The position numbers and the translations under genes are program-made. Shown one piece after another: positions 16,458 to 24,869 of a stretch of DNA of 57,687 nt. How positions within the stretch are numbered: position 1 is the first letter of the stretch; each line of letters begins with the position of its first letter. The notes below the pieces were generated by a model. That model made no database searches, had not been told where the DNA came from, and saw nothing but the letters and a program-made list of their open reading frames with translations. This DNA is from a virus (lineage: Duplodnaviria; Caudoviricetes), in the IMG/VR virus record IMGVR_UViG_3300045952_000066, positions 1 through 57,687 of that record; one strand, given 5' to 3'.

Positions 16458-17908
16458 CTCAGCACCCCAAGTCTCCTAGCAAGCACCGTAAAGACTGCCG
16501 CTGCCTGGAGAGGTACGACTGCATTTCCGACGCACTGAAGGCGTGGTCGACGCTCGACCAGCCAACGGGCAGTCCCATCAGCCAGTCCTCGAATGACGGA
16601 CTCAGCCTCTTGCGAAAGATCCGCTTCCGTAATTTGTAGGGCGAGGGCAAGCGTGAGCGTAACCGGCGACAGAGCAGGCGCAAGATCCGGACGCGCCGCG
16701 AGAATGGCAGGCCATCGAGGATCGTTGGGACCGGGCGCGAAGAGGGGAAGCTCGTCACCTGATCCGCGATGTAGAGTTGTCTCTGCGGGTGCTCTGCTCG
16801 AGGCCCCTGCTCGTGCCAGTCGCGCGTGTTCGGCGTGCGCCAGTGGTGCTCGATGAAGTTGGGCAACTGCTCCCCCTTCAGGTTGTCGTGCCGCTCCAGG
16901 CGCGTCCGCGCGTTCGGGTCGCGCGAGTCCCTCGACGCTGGCGTCGGCCACTGCCGGATCGCGTCGACCAAGGTCGTGCCGGAATGCATCACGCCCGTCG
17001 TCGTCGTGTGCCGCGCCGTCTCCTCCGCATCGCGCGTGTTCGGCGTCGGCCATAGCTCGACCTGATTCGCGAGGTCCACCGTCCGCTTGACGCCATTCGC
17101 ATCCATCCCCTTCCGCGCGACCGTCGCCGGATCGAGCTTGTTGCCGCCGCCCATCGTGCGCGGCGTCTGCCACTGCTCCGTCTGCTCCGCGATGGTCACC
17201 TGATGGCCCGCGTCCCGCGAGGTCGTCCTGGTCCTCACGCCGCCGGTCTTCGGCACGTCCGGAGTGCGCCACTCCTCCGTCTTCCGCTCCAGGTCCTGGC
17301 CGCTCTGGTGGCCGTTCGCCGCCGCGGCGCCCCTCGACCCATGTCCCGTGATCGAGCAGCCGGTGTCGGGAGACGGCCAGGAAGAACGTGCGGAGCCGAC
17401 CGTGGCTGGCTCCCACGTCGGAAGCGCGTAAACTTCCCCACGCGACATCGAACCCCAGCGCGGCCAGATCCCTGAGAACGGCGCCCATTCCGCCCACAGC
17501 GTCATCTGCGGCGTCATCCACGTCGAGCGGTTCGTCAGCAGGGCTATCGGTGTCCCGCAGGATTCCGGAGACGTTCTCTCCGAAGAAGTAGGGCGCTCCG
17601 GATTCATCGAGCACGCGGGCGATGTCGGACCAGATCCACCGCTCGTCGTTGACGCCTCGCCTGCGACCGGCGACGGAGTGAGGCTGGCACGGCCAGCCCG
17701 CAACGACGCAATCCACGAGGCCACGGAGGGGTCGTCCATCGAATCCCAGGACATCGCGGAAGACCTTCGCCTGCGGGAACGCTCTTCGGAAGCGCCGCGC
17801 CGCCTGGGGGTCTTTCTCGACGCCAGCGATGCAGCGATATCGGGGGAATGCGATCTCAACAGCCAAGTCAAGGGAGCCTATCCCCGCGCAGAGCGATAGC
17901 CCGTTCAT
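16454..17908 (-). CDS. dcm: C5 cytosine DNA methyltransferase, alpha polypeptide (motifs I-VIII and X)
   Basis: LSLCAGIG, GWPCQPHS, GENV, HGRLR, GNAVVP. Confidence 0.9.
   Translation of the reverse strand: MNGLSLCAGIGSLDLAVEIAFPRYRCIAGVEKDPQAARRFRRAFPQAKVFRDVLGFDGRPLRGLVDCVVAGWPCQPHSVAGRRRGVNDERWIWSDIARVLDESGAPYFFGENVSGILRDTDSPADEPLDVDDAADDAVGGMGAVLRDLAALGFDVAWGSLRASDVGASHGRLRTFFLAVSRHRLLDHGTWVEGRRGGERPPERPGPGAEDGGVAHSGRAEDRRREDQDDLAGRGPSGDHRGADGAVADAAHDGRRQQARSGDGRAEGDGCEWRQADGGPRESGRAMADAEHARCGGDGAAHDDDGRDAFRHDLGRRDPAVADASVEGLARPERADAPGAARQPEGGAVAQLHRAPLAHAEHARLARAGASSRAPAETTLHRGSGDELPLFAPGPNDPRWPAILAARPDLAPALSPVTLTLALALQITEADLSQEAESVIRGLADGTARWLVERRPRLQCVGNAVVPLQAAAVFTVLARRLGVLR
16459..17754 (-). 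CDS. Overlapping-frame methyltransferase beta polypeptide (WxTP repeats and motif IX)
   Basis: Six W-x-[TS]-P modules; RLSPSFEDWLMGLPVGWS. Confidence 0.75.
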   Translation of the reverse strand: MSWDSMDDPSVASWIASLRAGRASLTPSPVAGEASTTSGGSGPTSPACSMNPERPTSSERTSPESCGTPIALLTNRSTWMTPQMTLWAEWAPFSGIWPRWGSMSRGEVYALPTWEPATVGSARSSWPSPDTGCSITGHGSRGAAAANGHQSGQDLERKTEEWRTPDVPKTGGVRTRTTSRDAGHQVTIAEQTEQWQTPRTMGGGNKLDPATVARKGMDANGVKRTVDLANQVELWPTPNTRDAEETARHTTTTGVMHSGTTLVDAIRQWPTPASRDSRDPNARTRLERHDNLKGEQLPNFIEHHWRTPNTRDWHEQGPRAEHPQRQLYIADQVTSFPSSRPVPTILDGLPFSRRVRILRLLCRRLRSRLPSPYKLRKRIFRKRLSPSFEDWLMGLPVGWSSVDHAFSASEMQSYLSRQRQSLRCLLGDLGC

Positions 17909-18341
17909 GCACTGCCGCCTTTCCCGGCTTGCTGCCTCTGGTTCGGTTGTCGAAGTTGCGATGGCAAGGAACGCAGAGACGCCGGTAGTCAGAAGGATCG
18001 TCGTAACGTCCCGTCTGGTTCGCCCACTCGTATCGCCGCCCCGGATCATCCAGGCTGCATTCCTCGCATCGTTGAGGGGCGCCCCGAAGCGCGTACACGC
18101 GAAGGTGGAGGGCTTGATAGTCAGCGGCGCCGCCCTTCCATGAAGGACACCTTGCGCCCCTGCCATCCCGCTTCACTGCTCGTCGTGGCGGGATGCCGTA
18201 ACGCTTTAGGTCACGCTGAATCTTGTGAAGACTGACAGAGAAGTGATCAGCGATTTCTTGCTGGCTCCGACTTTGCTCGACGTAGAGTTCAACGAGTCGC
18301 GCACGGTCGCAGGCCGGGACGCATGTATAGCGATTAGCCAT
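17868..18341 (-). CDS. HTH plus HNH-like homing endonuclease
   Basis: PSWKGG, CEEC..YEWAN..LCVPCHRNFD. Confidence 0.75.
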   Translation of the reverse strand: MANRYTCVPACDRARLVELYVEQSRSQQEIADHFSVSLHKIQRDLKRYGIPPRRAVKRDGRGARCPSWKGGAADYQALHLRVYALRGAPQRCEECSLDDPGRRYEWANQTGRYDDPSDYRRLCVPCHRNFDNRTRGSKPGKAAVHERAIALRGDRLP

Positions 18342-18356
18342 TCAGGCATCCTCCAC

Positions 18357-18395
18357 AGGAGAGTGCCGATTCCGGCGCAGAGGGAGAGGCCATTT
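18357..18395 (-). pseudogene. Remnant of the original methyltransferase 5' end
   Basis: Encodes VNGLSLCAGIGTL, against MNGLSLCAGIGSL in the intact gene. Confidence 0.75.
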
Positions 18396-18415
18396 ACACT
18401 TCCCGCATCTGCCCC

Positions 18416-18458
18416 AAAAAGCACAAAGCCCCCGAAGCCGCGAGGGCGTCGGGGGCCA
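18416..18458 (-). terminator. Terminator after the recombinase
   Basis: GCCCCCGA..TCGGGGGC followed by TTTGTGCTTTTT. Confidence 0.65.
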
Positions 18459-18485
18459 GTGTCTCAAGGAGACTGAGGCGCGGTG

Positions 18486-20171
18486 TCACGCGATGCGCCT
18501 CTTGATTTCAAAAGGGATAGCAGTTAAACAAGTGTGAGGGGCGTGAACACCCCCCTCACAGTTGTTTGAGGTATGCCGGGAACCCGCGCCGGGTTCCGGC
18601 AGGGGCATCGGAATCGCCCCGGTAATCGTCACTTCGCCGTCCGCGTACACTGCCTTAAAATCCTGAATGCTCTCCAGAATACTCCTGCGGTGCTCGAATT
18701 TGACAGGCTTGTTTTTGGGGTCCGCGATGCGGCGCAGGGCGGCTTCGGCCTGACGCTCTGACGGGATGGACACAACCTTGCCCGCTTCCTTGAGGTCGGC
18801 CTGAACCTCGCGCAGACGCTTCTGTTTCGCAAGGATGTCAGCCGTCGCCTTGACCGGGTCACCGGCGCCCTCGCTGATCATGTGCTGCAAACCGCCGATG
18901 GACGCCTGAAGGTTCTGCGCTTCCTTCTCCAGCCGCTTGGTGACGCCCGTGTTCACCTCCCGCGCCTTGTAGAAAGCCGTCGCGGATTCGATGAACGTCG
19001 CCGGAACGGTGATCGTCTCCCAGACGGCGTCGAACGCGACCGGCTCGATCAGGTGAACGCCGACACGACGTAGCCTGCAAGGCCCGGTGTGTGTCCGCGA
19101 GTCCTCGTAGTGCTTGCAGCCATAGACCGGATAACGTGCGCCGCGAGAGCCAGCCGTGCCGTTGGAGCACATGCGGTGACCGGCCTTGTCGAACAGAAAG
19201 TGCGAGAGCAGATACTTCCGCTTCGGCGGGCGCCCGTTGGTCCGCTCCGGAGCGTTCTGGTTGACGCGCTGCACCTCCAGCCAGAACTCCTTCTCGATGA
19301 TGGCGCCGCACGGGATGATGCGACCGATGCGCTGGTGCTCTCCGCAGTACGTCGAGTTGACGAGCATCTGGCGGATGACGCGAGGCACCCACAGTCCCGG
19401 CGGAACCCAGACGGCCTTGCCCGTCTCCGGATCTTTCTTTCCCCAGTAGCCGTTCGACAGAATGCCCTTCGCGTTGAGCGCGTGCGTGATCTTGGCGATT
19501 GTCCAGCCGGTGCGGCGCCAGCCGTAGACCATCTCGACCACGTTCCGCTTGCTGATCCCCTCGACGTTGGTCATCGCCGGATCGATCACCAGCTTCCGGC
19601 CATCCGGCGTCTGGATGTTCAGCATCCCGTAGCACGCCATGCCGTGATCGAGCATCCCGGCGTCGAGGTTGAGCAGCCGCTGATCCATCGAGCGGCCCAG
19701 GATCTCGTGCCACTCCGCGCTGGCCTGCCCCATCGCTTGCCAGCACTTGCTCTTGCCTTCCCGCGTGCTGGTGTCGACCACGCCTTCGCGCACCGACCAG
19801 ATGAGCTTGCCCGCGTGAGTGAAGCGGTCCAGCATCGCGGTCTGTCCGAACTCCAACGCGGGACGGAGCAGACGGTCCAGAGCGGAGAGGCCGATGCCGT
19901 CGATATCCGGCGAGGCGAGTTCGTCCAGAACTCGCTGCATCTGCTCGTTGGTCAGGGTGTCGGTTCCGCTGACGCCCTGAAGCTCCAGCGTGCGGACGAT
20001 GATCGCGCCAAACTTCGCTTCCAGCTTCTTCTGGTCGGCGCGTTGGCGGGCCACGTCCTGGCGATTGCCAGAGACGCGGATGACCATGATGATCCGCGGC
20101 GTCGTCGGGACGACCTTGGCGGCGAAGTTGAATCCCTTAGCGGTCGTTCTTTTCATTGGCGCCGTCATCAA
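18486..20171 (-). CDS. Large serine recombinase (integrase)
   Basis: IRVS catalytic Ser, GVSG, LDRLLR, recombinase domain, coiled coil. Confidence 0.9.
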   Translation of the reverse strand: MMTAPMKRTTAKGFNFAAKVVPTTPRIIMVIRVSGNRQDVARQRADQKKLEAKFGAIIVRTLELQGVSGTDTLTNEQMQRVLDELASPDIDGIGLSALDRLLRPALEFGQTAMLDRFTHAGKLIWSVREGVVDTSTREGKSKCWQAMGQASAEWHEILGRSMDQRLLNLDAGMLDHGMACYGMLNIQTPDGRKLVIDPAMTNVEGISKRNVVEMVYGWRRTGWTIAKITHALNAKGILSNGYWGKKDPETGKAVWVPPGLWVPRVIRQMLVNSTYCGEHQRIGRIIPCGAIIEKEFWLEVQRVNQNAPERTNGRPPKRKYLLSHFLFDKAGHRMCSNGTAGSRGARYPVYGCKHYEDSRTHTGPCRLRRVGVHLIEPVAFDAVWETITVPATFIESATAFYKAREVNTGVTKRLEKEAQNLQASIGGLQHMISEGAGDPVKATADILAKQKRLREVQADLKEAGKVVSIPSERQAEAALRRIADPKNKPVKFEHRRSILESIQDFKAVYADGEVTITGAIPMPLPEPGAGSRHTSNNCEGGVHAPHTCLTAIPFEIKRRIA

Positions 20172-20322
20172 CGTCGACCTCTCGTGCGGCTTCGATCTCG
20201 TCCACGATCCGCACTAGATTCTCCATGAAGGCGTCTGCGGCCTGCGGATTGACCACGGTCTTGAGCCGGTTCGTCGCCTTGACCGGCGGCTCGTCGGGGG
20301 GTTCCGGCCTGCGGCGCGTCAT
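20137..20322 (-). CDS. Small protein upstream of the recombinase (directionality-factor candidate)
   Basis: MTRRRPEPP..ADAFMENLVRIVDEI; overlaps both neighbours. Confidence 0.45.
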   Translation of the reverse strand: MTRRRPEPPDEPPVKATNRLKTVVNPQAADAFMENLVRIVDEIEAAREVDVDDGANEKNDR

Positions 20323-20536
20323 TGCAGAACCTCGCGAGGAGATCGATCTGCGCCTGGAACCTCTCCATAGCCTTCCTCGCCAGCAGACAACGCGCCGTCG
20401 CGACATCCTCGACGCCGCTCGATTCCTGGCGCAGGACGTACTTGGAGTCGCGGTAGATGAGCCAGAGCATCTTGCCGCGACGTTGAAGGGAACCGGCCCC
20501 TCTGGGCCATCCCTTCGGGTTTTGAGTTTCGGTCAT
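20168..20536 (-). CDS. Stand-alone protein resembling a tyrosine-integrase arm-binding domain
   Basis: RGAGSLQRRGKMLWLIYRD..RQESSGVEDVATARCLL. Confidence 0.6.
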   Translation of the reverse strand: MTETQNPKGWPRGAGSLQRRGKMLWLIYRDSKYVLRQESSGVEDVATARCLLARKAMERFQAQIDLLARFCNDAPQAGTPRRAAGQGDEPAQDRGQSAGRRRLHGESSADRGRDRSRTRGRR

Positions 20537-20545
20537 GCGTATAGC

Positions 20546-20755
20546 TTAACATGATTTCTCTACATTGTGAGGGGGCCTTGCCGTGGAGGTCCATTCCGCC
20601 CGCCGCCGCTCTGCGAATGCGTCGAACGTGTTCCGCTTCGGCTTTGCCTGCGCTTCCGCAGATCTCAACTCCAAGTCGAGTGTGCTCTGCGCGTAGTCGG
20701 CCATGCCCTTGCCAGAGCCAGCCCGTCGCGCCTGACCCAGTGTGCCCCGCGTCAT
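20546..20755 (-). CDS. Hypothetical protein
   Basis: ATGA overlap. Confidence 0.5.
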   Translation of the reverse strand: MTRGTLGQARRAGSGKGMADYAQSTLDLELRSAEAQAKPKRNTFDAFAERRRAEWTSTARPPHNVEKSC

Positions 20756-20958
20756 CGCCGCACCGCCGCGCTCTTCGCCATCACCGCCGTCACGATCTTG
20801 TCCTCCAGGCCCGCGTCGAGCTTGTCCGCGTGAAGGTCCCAGCCCGCCACCGGCCCGACCACTTCCTGAACGATCACCGACCGCAGGGTCGCCCGCTCGT
20901 CCTCGTTGAACTGATCGCGGATCGCCTGCCACGTTCGCTTGCTGATGAAGAGCATCAC
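20752..20958 (-). CDS. Hypothetical protein
   Basis: Coupled ORF. Confidence 0.65.
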   Translation of the reverse strand: MMLFISKRTWQAIRDQFNEDERATLRSVIVQEVVGPVAGWDLHADKLDAGLEDKIVTAVMAKSAAVRR

Positions 20959-21188
20959 GCCCCCTGCCGCCGCTGGACTTCCCGCGCCATCGCTTCCTGG
21001 TAGTCGTTGATCACGTCGAAAACCTTCATCGCGATTTCCGGCGGCATGAACATCTTGAGCGTCACCTCTGAGGGCACGCGCGGGTACGTCTCCAGGCCGA
21101 CCTGGAGAACCTGGAGGACGCCTTCGATGGCGTCATCGAATCCCTTCTGCCACTGCGTCAGCCGTTCCTTCTTGAGTTCGTTTTCCAT
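20955..21188 (-). CDS. Hypothetical protein
   Basis: TAATG coupling. Confidence 0.7.
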   Translation of the reverse strand: MENELKKERLTQWQKGFDDAIEGVLQVLQVGLETYPRVPSEVTLKMFMPPEIAMKVFDVINDYQEAMAREVQRRQGA

Positions 21189-21502
21189 TACCCCTCCCTG
21201 ACCATCTTCATGGCGAGCTGCGTTCTGCTATGCACGCCCGTCTTTTGAAAGATCCGGTTCATGTAGACCTTGATCGAGCCTTCCGTCAGGGCCAACGCGC
21301 CCGCGATCTGCTTGTTCAGCATCCCCTCCATCACGCATCCGACGACCTGACGCTCCCGTGGCGAGAGCGGCCCCTCGACTCGTCGCGGCGCATAGTCGCG
21401 CGGCGGCTTCCGGCAGTTCACGCACAACCTCGCCGGAAACCAGCAAGGCCCGCCGCACCGATAGCACGTCCGATCCGGCGGCGTGTGCTGGGCGAGGATC
21501 AA
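21188..21502 (-). CDS. Zinc ribbon plus LuxR-type HTH regulator
   Basis: CYRC..CVNC; LSPRERQV..GMLNKQIA..SIKVYMNRIFQKTGVHSRTQL. Confidence 0.85.
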   Translation of the reverse strand: MILAQHTPPDRTCYRCGGPCWFPARLCVNCRKPPRDYAPRRVEGPLSPRERQVVGCVMEGMLNKQIAGALALTEGSIKVYMNRIFQKTGVHSRTQLAMKMVREG

Positions 21503-21566
21503 TGGGCCTTCTCCTCGCGCATGACGTGAGCCTTCACGATCTCGTCTTCGGTTTGCATCATAAAGC

Positions 21567-22220
21567 TCACGCCGCCGGAAGCCACGGCTCGACGGCCAGC
21601 CGCTTCCGCGCCAGATCCTCCATCGCTATCGCGCCTTCCTTCCGCGCCAGATCCTCGAGGATCGGCATCCCGCTGACAATGGACGCCAGCACCTCCTCGC
21701 GAGTCGCCACGCGCCCCTCCGCGTACCACTCGACCGTGACCGGCGGGCCGACCTCGATTAGCGGCTTGCCGTCAGAGTCGCGCCAGACGCGATAGCTATG
21801 CGTGATCCAGACCGCGATGCATCCTGGGTTGCGGAGGATCGGGCATCCCGCGACGTTCTCCTGGGTCTGCCGCGTTAGATCGTCCTCGCGCCGCACCATG
21901 TGAGGCCGCGAGAGGAACGGGCAGAACTGCGCCGACCAGCGGGCGCACTCCGCGTGACAGGGCGGCTCCGACGTGGTCAGGTTGATGCAGCACATGGGGC
22001 CGATGCAGAACGCGAGGTAGCTCCCGACCCTGTCGCCGCAGACCCAGCACCGCTTCTGCTGCACGCACCGCGCCCAGTGCGCCTGCGACATGAAGCGGAA
22101 GTCGCGGACGCCTTTGATGGTGTCGACAAACGCCGGGATCGGATAGCCTCGCTCATCGATGGGCAGATCCTGCATCCGGATCGGCAGGGCGCCCAGTTCA
22201 GGCCGCAGTGGATGCTGCAT
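21567..22220 (-). CDS. Conserved Cys-rich phage protein
   Basis: RGYPIP..DFR..CWVCG..IGPMC..EPPCHAECA..CPFL. Confidence 0.8.
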   Translation of the reverse strand: MQHPLRPELGALPIRMQDLPIDERGYPIPAFVDTIKGVRDFRFMSQAHWARCVQQKRCWVCGDRVGSYLAFCIGPMCCINLTTSEPPCHAECARWSAQFCPFLSRPHMVRREDDLTRQTQENVAGCPILRNPGCIAVWITHSYRVWRDSDGKPLIEVGPPVTVEWYAEGRVATREEVLASIVSGMPILEDLARKEGAIAMEDLARKRLAVEPWLPAA

Positions 22221-22560
22221 GGTTCACCTCCCGCGCCACCCAGACGGACGCTTTTCTCCCGCTCCTGGTAGGGCGCTTCGCGCTGGCGCGCTCGATCAGT
22301 TCTGCCTTCCATAGCTCGACGCGCCGGGGCCTCTGCGTCGATGGATTCATGCTCAACGCGACCTGGACCTCGTCGTCGGTCGCGCCGGTCGCGCCGCATC
22401 GCCGGATGTAAGCCAGCACCTCGCCGCGCAACGACTCCGCATCCGGCTCGATCAGTTCGGCGGCTTCGCGGCTGGTGTCGGAGTGCTCCTGGTAGGGCGC
22501 TTCCGGCCCGCCATCGAAGTCGGGGCCGTCGTAGAAGTTGAAGTCTTCCTGGTAGCTCAT
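22198..22560 (-). CDS. Winged-helix DNA-binding protein
   Basis: TSREAA..GATDDEV..RPRRVEL..TRSGRKASVW. Confidence 0.8.
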   Translation of the reverse strand: MSYQEDFNFYDGPDFDGGPEAPYQEHSDTSREAAELIEPDAESLRGEVLAYIRRCGATGATDDEVQVALSMNPSTQRPRRVELWKAELIERASAKRPTRSGRKASVWVAREVNHAASTAA

Positions 22561-22567
22561 TCGACTG

Positions 22568-23158
22568 TCACTCGTCAAATAAACGGTCCTGGCCTTCGCA
22601 GGGCCAGATCCGCCGCCGCCGATGCGGCTTGTATTGAGGCTTCGGCGGGCGCTTTGCGCGTTTGCTCCACCCGTTTACGATTGCCTCTGATCTCCAAGGG
22701 AGCACCGGCTGCTCCGGTGTCCCAGGCCCTCGCTCCCAAAAACCTCGTCCGGAGATCGAGGCTTGAAACATGCCTTCCCCGGTGACGGCATAGGCGCCGT
22801 GCTTCTCCAGTTCCGGATCTGAGCGGCCATCATGATGAGTCGCCCATGTGCAGCCGCATTCGCCCATGACGAAGCCGTGAAAGACGCGCGGCAATGCCCA
22901 GTCGAGGTTCACGCGGAAAAAGTCGTTCGAGATGTAGTCCGACTGATGACGCTGCATCAGCATCGCCTCGACTGTCCGCGCCGTGACATTGTCCGGAAAC
23001 CGAAAGAGCGCGATGACATAGCAGGGGGCCGAACACCCATACGCCAGTTGCTCGAAACGCTTGGAGCCGTCGCGCATCAGCCCGATCTTGAGCGCGTTCC
23101 GATCAGGAAAGCCGACGACGTAAACATACGTGTCTGCCTGCCAAAGCTCGTCCTTCAA
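22568..23158 (-). CDS. T5orf172/GIY-YIG-like domain protein
   Basis: YVYVVG..LKIG..RFEQL..VEAML. Confidence 0.75.
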   Translation of the reverse strand: MKDELWQADTYVYVVGFPDRNALKIGLMRDGSKRFEQLAYGCSAPCYVIALFRFPDNVTARTVEAMLMQRHQSDYISNDFFRVNLDWALPRVFHGFVMGECGCTWATHHDGRSDPELEKHGAYAVTGEGMFQASISGRGFWERGPGTPEQPVLPWRSEAIVNGWSKRAKRPPKPQYKPHRRRRIWPCEGQDRLFDE

Positions 23159-23325
23159 CGCTCCTCCATCGCGCCGCAGGCGCGGCATCGAGTGACGACG
23201 GCCCGCCGGTATTCCTTGCCGCCGTCAGGGCTGGTCACGCCCGTCTCGCACACGGCCTCCACGTCGTAGAGGTCGTCGGAGCCGCACACGTAACAGCCGT
23301 CACTGGTTTGGCTCTGGCCGGTCAT
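23155..23325 (-). CDS. Small zinc-ribbon protein (56 aa)
   Basis: CYVCG..CRACG; hand translation. Confidence 0.6.
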   Translation of the reverse strand: MTGQSQTSDGCYVCGSDDLYDVEAVCETGVTSPDGGKEYRRAVVTRCRACGAMEER

Positions 23326-23671
23326 CGGGCCGATCCTCGAATAGCCGCTCCTGCTTCTCCTGCCACGTCAGCGGCTCGTACCGCAGGGTCTTGTTGGTGT
23401 CGAGGCGCAGGATCTTCGCCTGATCGGCGCCCTTCTCCACGACTCGCATCACCTCGACCTCGATGGACCTTGAGCCGGTGATGATCATCTCCGCGAGTTC
23501 GGTGATGCGCTTCTCGCAGGCCCTCGTCCGGTGCGAGATCTCCGCGATGGTCGTCTGCCGCTCGACGCGGATGCCTGCCAGTTCCTTCTCGACCAACGCG
23601 AGTTCATCGCCGCACTTCAGGATTTCTACCGTCGTCAGCGGCTCCTGCACCATCTCGAATTGACTGGGCAT
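23300..23671 (-). CDS. Coiled-coil phage protein
   Basis: Coiled coil, RLDT..EKQERLF. Confidence 0.75.
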   Translation of the reverse strand: MPSQFEMVQEPLTTVEILKCGDELALVEKELAGIRVERQTTIAEISHRTRACEKRITELAEMIITGSRSIEVEVMRVVEKGADQAKILRLDTNKTLRYEPLTWQEKQERLFEDRPDDRPEPNQ

Positions 23672-24628
23672 CTACTCTCCCTCTCCCGGCTCTCGCGCCG
23701 GTTCATCGAGGAACGAATCCTGCTTCAGCACGTCGCGCAGAGAGGGTCGCGCGGGCCGCTCTGCCTGCGGATCGGACACGTACTTCGCTTCGGCATCGAC
23801 CGCCAGGTCTGGCGATTGCAAGTCGGCGGGCAACTCTTCCGGCGCGGCGTCTTCGACCGGCACAACGTCGAGAGCTTCCTCCTGAACCACGCCGCCGCGC
23901 AGGACGTGCGGCGCGTAATACTTCTTTACCCGCGCGATACACCGCCAGTAGTACATGTCCTGCGGCCACTGCTTGTACATCGCCTTTTCGGAGAGCTTGA
24001 TGGTGCGGCCCTCCTCGCGCGTGTCGATGGTAGAAGCGTCCATCTCCGTGAACGACACCGACGCCTGCTCTCCCGTGCCGGGTTCCCTGATCGGCTCGTA
24101 GGATTGCGTGGAGCGGTTCCAGCGCGAGAGCCAGAGCGTGCAGCCGATGCACTTCTTCAGGGCCATGCCCTTGTAGGTCACGTCCTCGTGATAGAACTGC
24201 GGCTCCCACATGATGCCTGCGGCGCGGAGCTTCCCGGCGACGATACTGTTCTCGACGGCGGGCTTGCCGTTCACGATGTAGATCGAACTGATCGCGTCTG
24301 CGTCGGTCATCCCCCAGTTCTTCCCGAACATCAGCTTCAGCGTGAGCAGGGCCAGCAGTTGCTGGGGATTCTGCCTCTGCGTCTGGTTCTGGCTGAACGA
24401 ACCGGAGGTCATCAGGTCCATTGCCATCGCGCGGTACTGCGCGTAGGTCTGCCGCGCGACCTCGACTTCCGCGAGTTGCGCGATCAGGTTGTCGCGCCTC
24501 TCTCCCGGCCCCATCAGGATCAGTTGGTCGGCGGTGATGCGCGGCGGCTTGTCGAGCGCACGCTGCATGGGCGACACGGTCGCAGGCGCCGTGTCGGGCG
24601 CGTCAGTGGTTGGAGGTTGCGGTTGCAC
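23672..24628 (-). CDS. RecT-like single-strand annealing protein
   Basis: IYIVNGKPAV, KQWPQDMYYWRC..APHVLRG; next to YqaJ. Confidence 0.7.
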   Translation of the reverse strand: MQPQPPTTDAPDTAPATVSPMQRALDKPPRITADQLILMGPGERRDNLIAQLAEVEVARQTYAQYRAMAMDLMTSGSFSQNQTQRQNPQQLLALLTLKLMFGKNWGMTDADAISSIYIVNGKPAVENSIVAGKLRAAGIMWEPQFYHEDVTYKGMALKKCIGCTLWLSRWNRSTQSYEPIREPGTGEQASVSFTEMDASTIDTREEGRTIKLSEKAMYKQWPQDMYYWRCIARVKKYYAPHVLRGGVVQEEALDVVPVEDAAPEELPADLQSPDLAVDAEAKYVSDPQAERPARPSLRDVLKQDSFLDEPAREPGEGE

Positions 24629-24869
24629 GTTTCCCCTTTCTGAATCGGTCCCTGTCGGGACAGTCGATGAAGTGGTTCTGGCCCTCTGCGGTATAGGGCA
24701 CGCTCTTGTTGGTGCGCGGATGGTGGACGAACCGGATCGCCGCGCCGCAAGCCTTGCAGGAAGCCCAAGGCCCGCCGATCTGATCGAGCAGATGCGTCAT
24801 GCGCTCCCGCGCGTCGGCCAGCTTCTGCTCCACGTCGCAGTAGTCGTTGTTCGCGGGATCGCCGTTCAC
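24603..24869 (-). CDS. Small zinc-finger protein
   Basis: CKACGAAI..NHFIDCP. Confidence 0.75.
   Translation of the reverse strand: MNGDPANNDYCDVEQKLADARERMTHLLDQIGGPWASCKACGAAIRFVHHPRTNKSVPYTAEGQNHFIDCPDRDRFRKGKRATATSNH

Noticed and set aside
16459-17871. Second methyltransferase frame as a sequencing frameshift
   Set aside because: Both frames are fully open in parallel and each carries its own conserved motifs
17868-18395. Group I intron around the HNH-like gene
   Set aside because: No space for a ribozyme core, and the duplicated gene start makes splicing unnecessary
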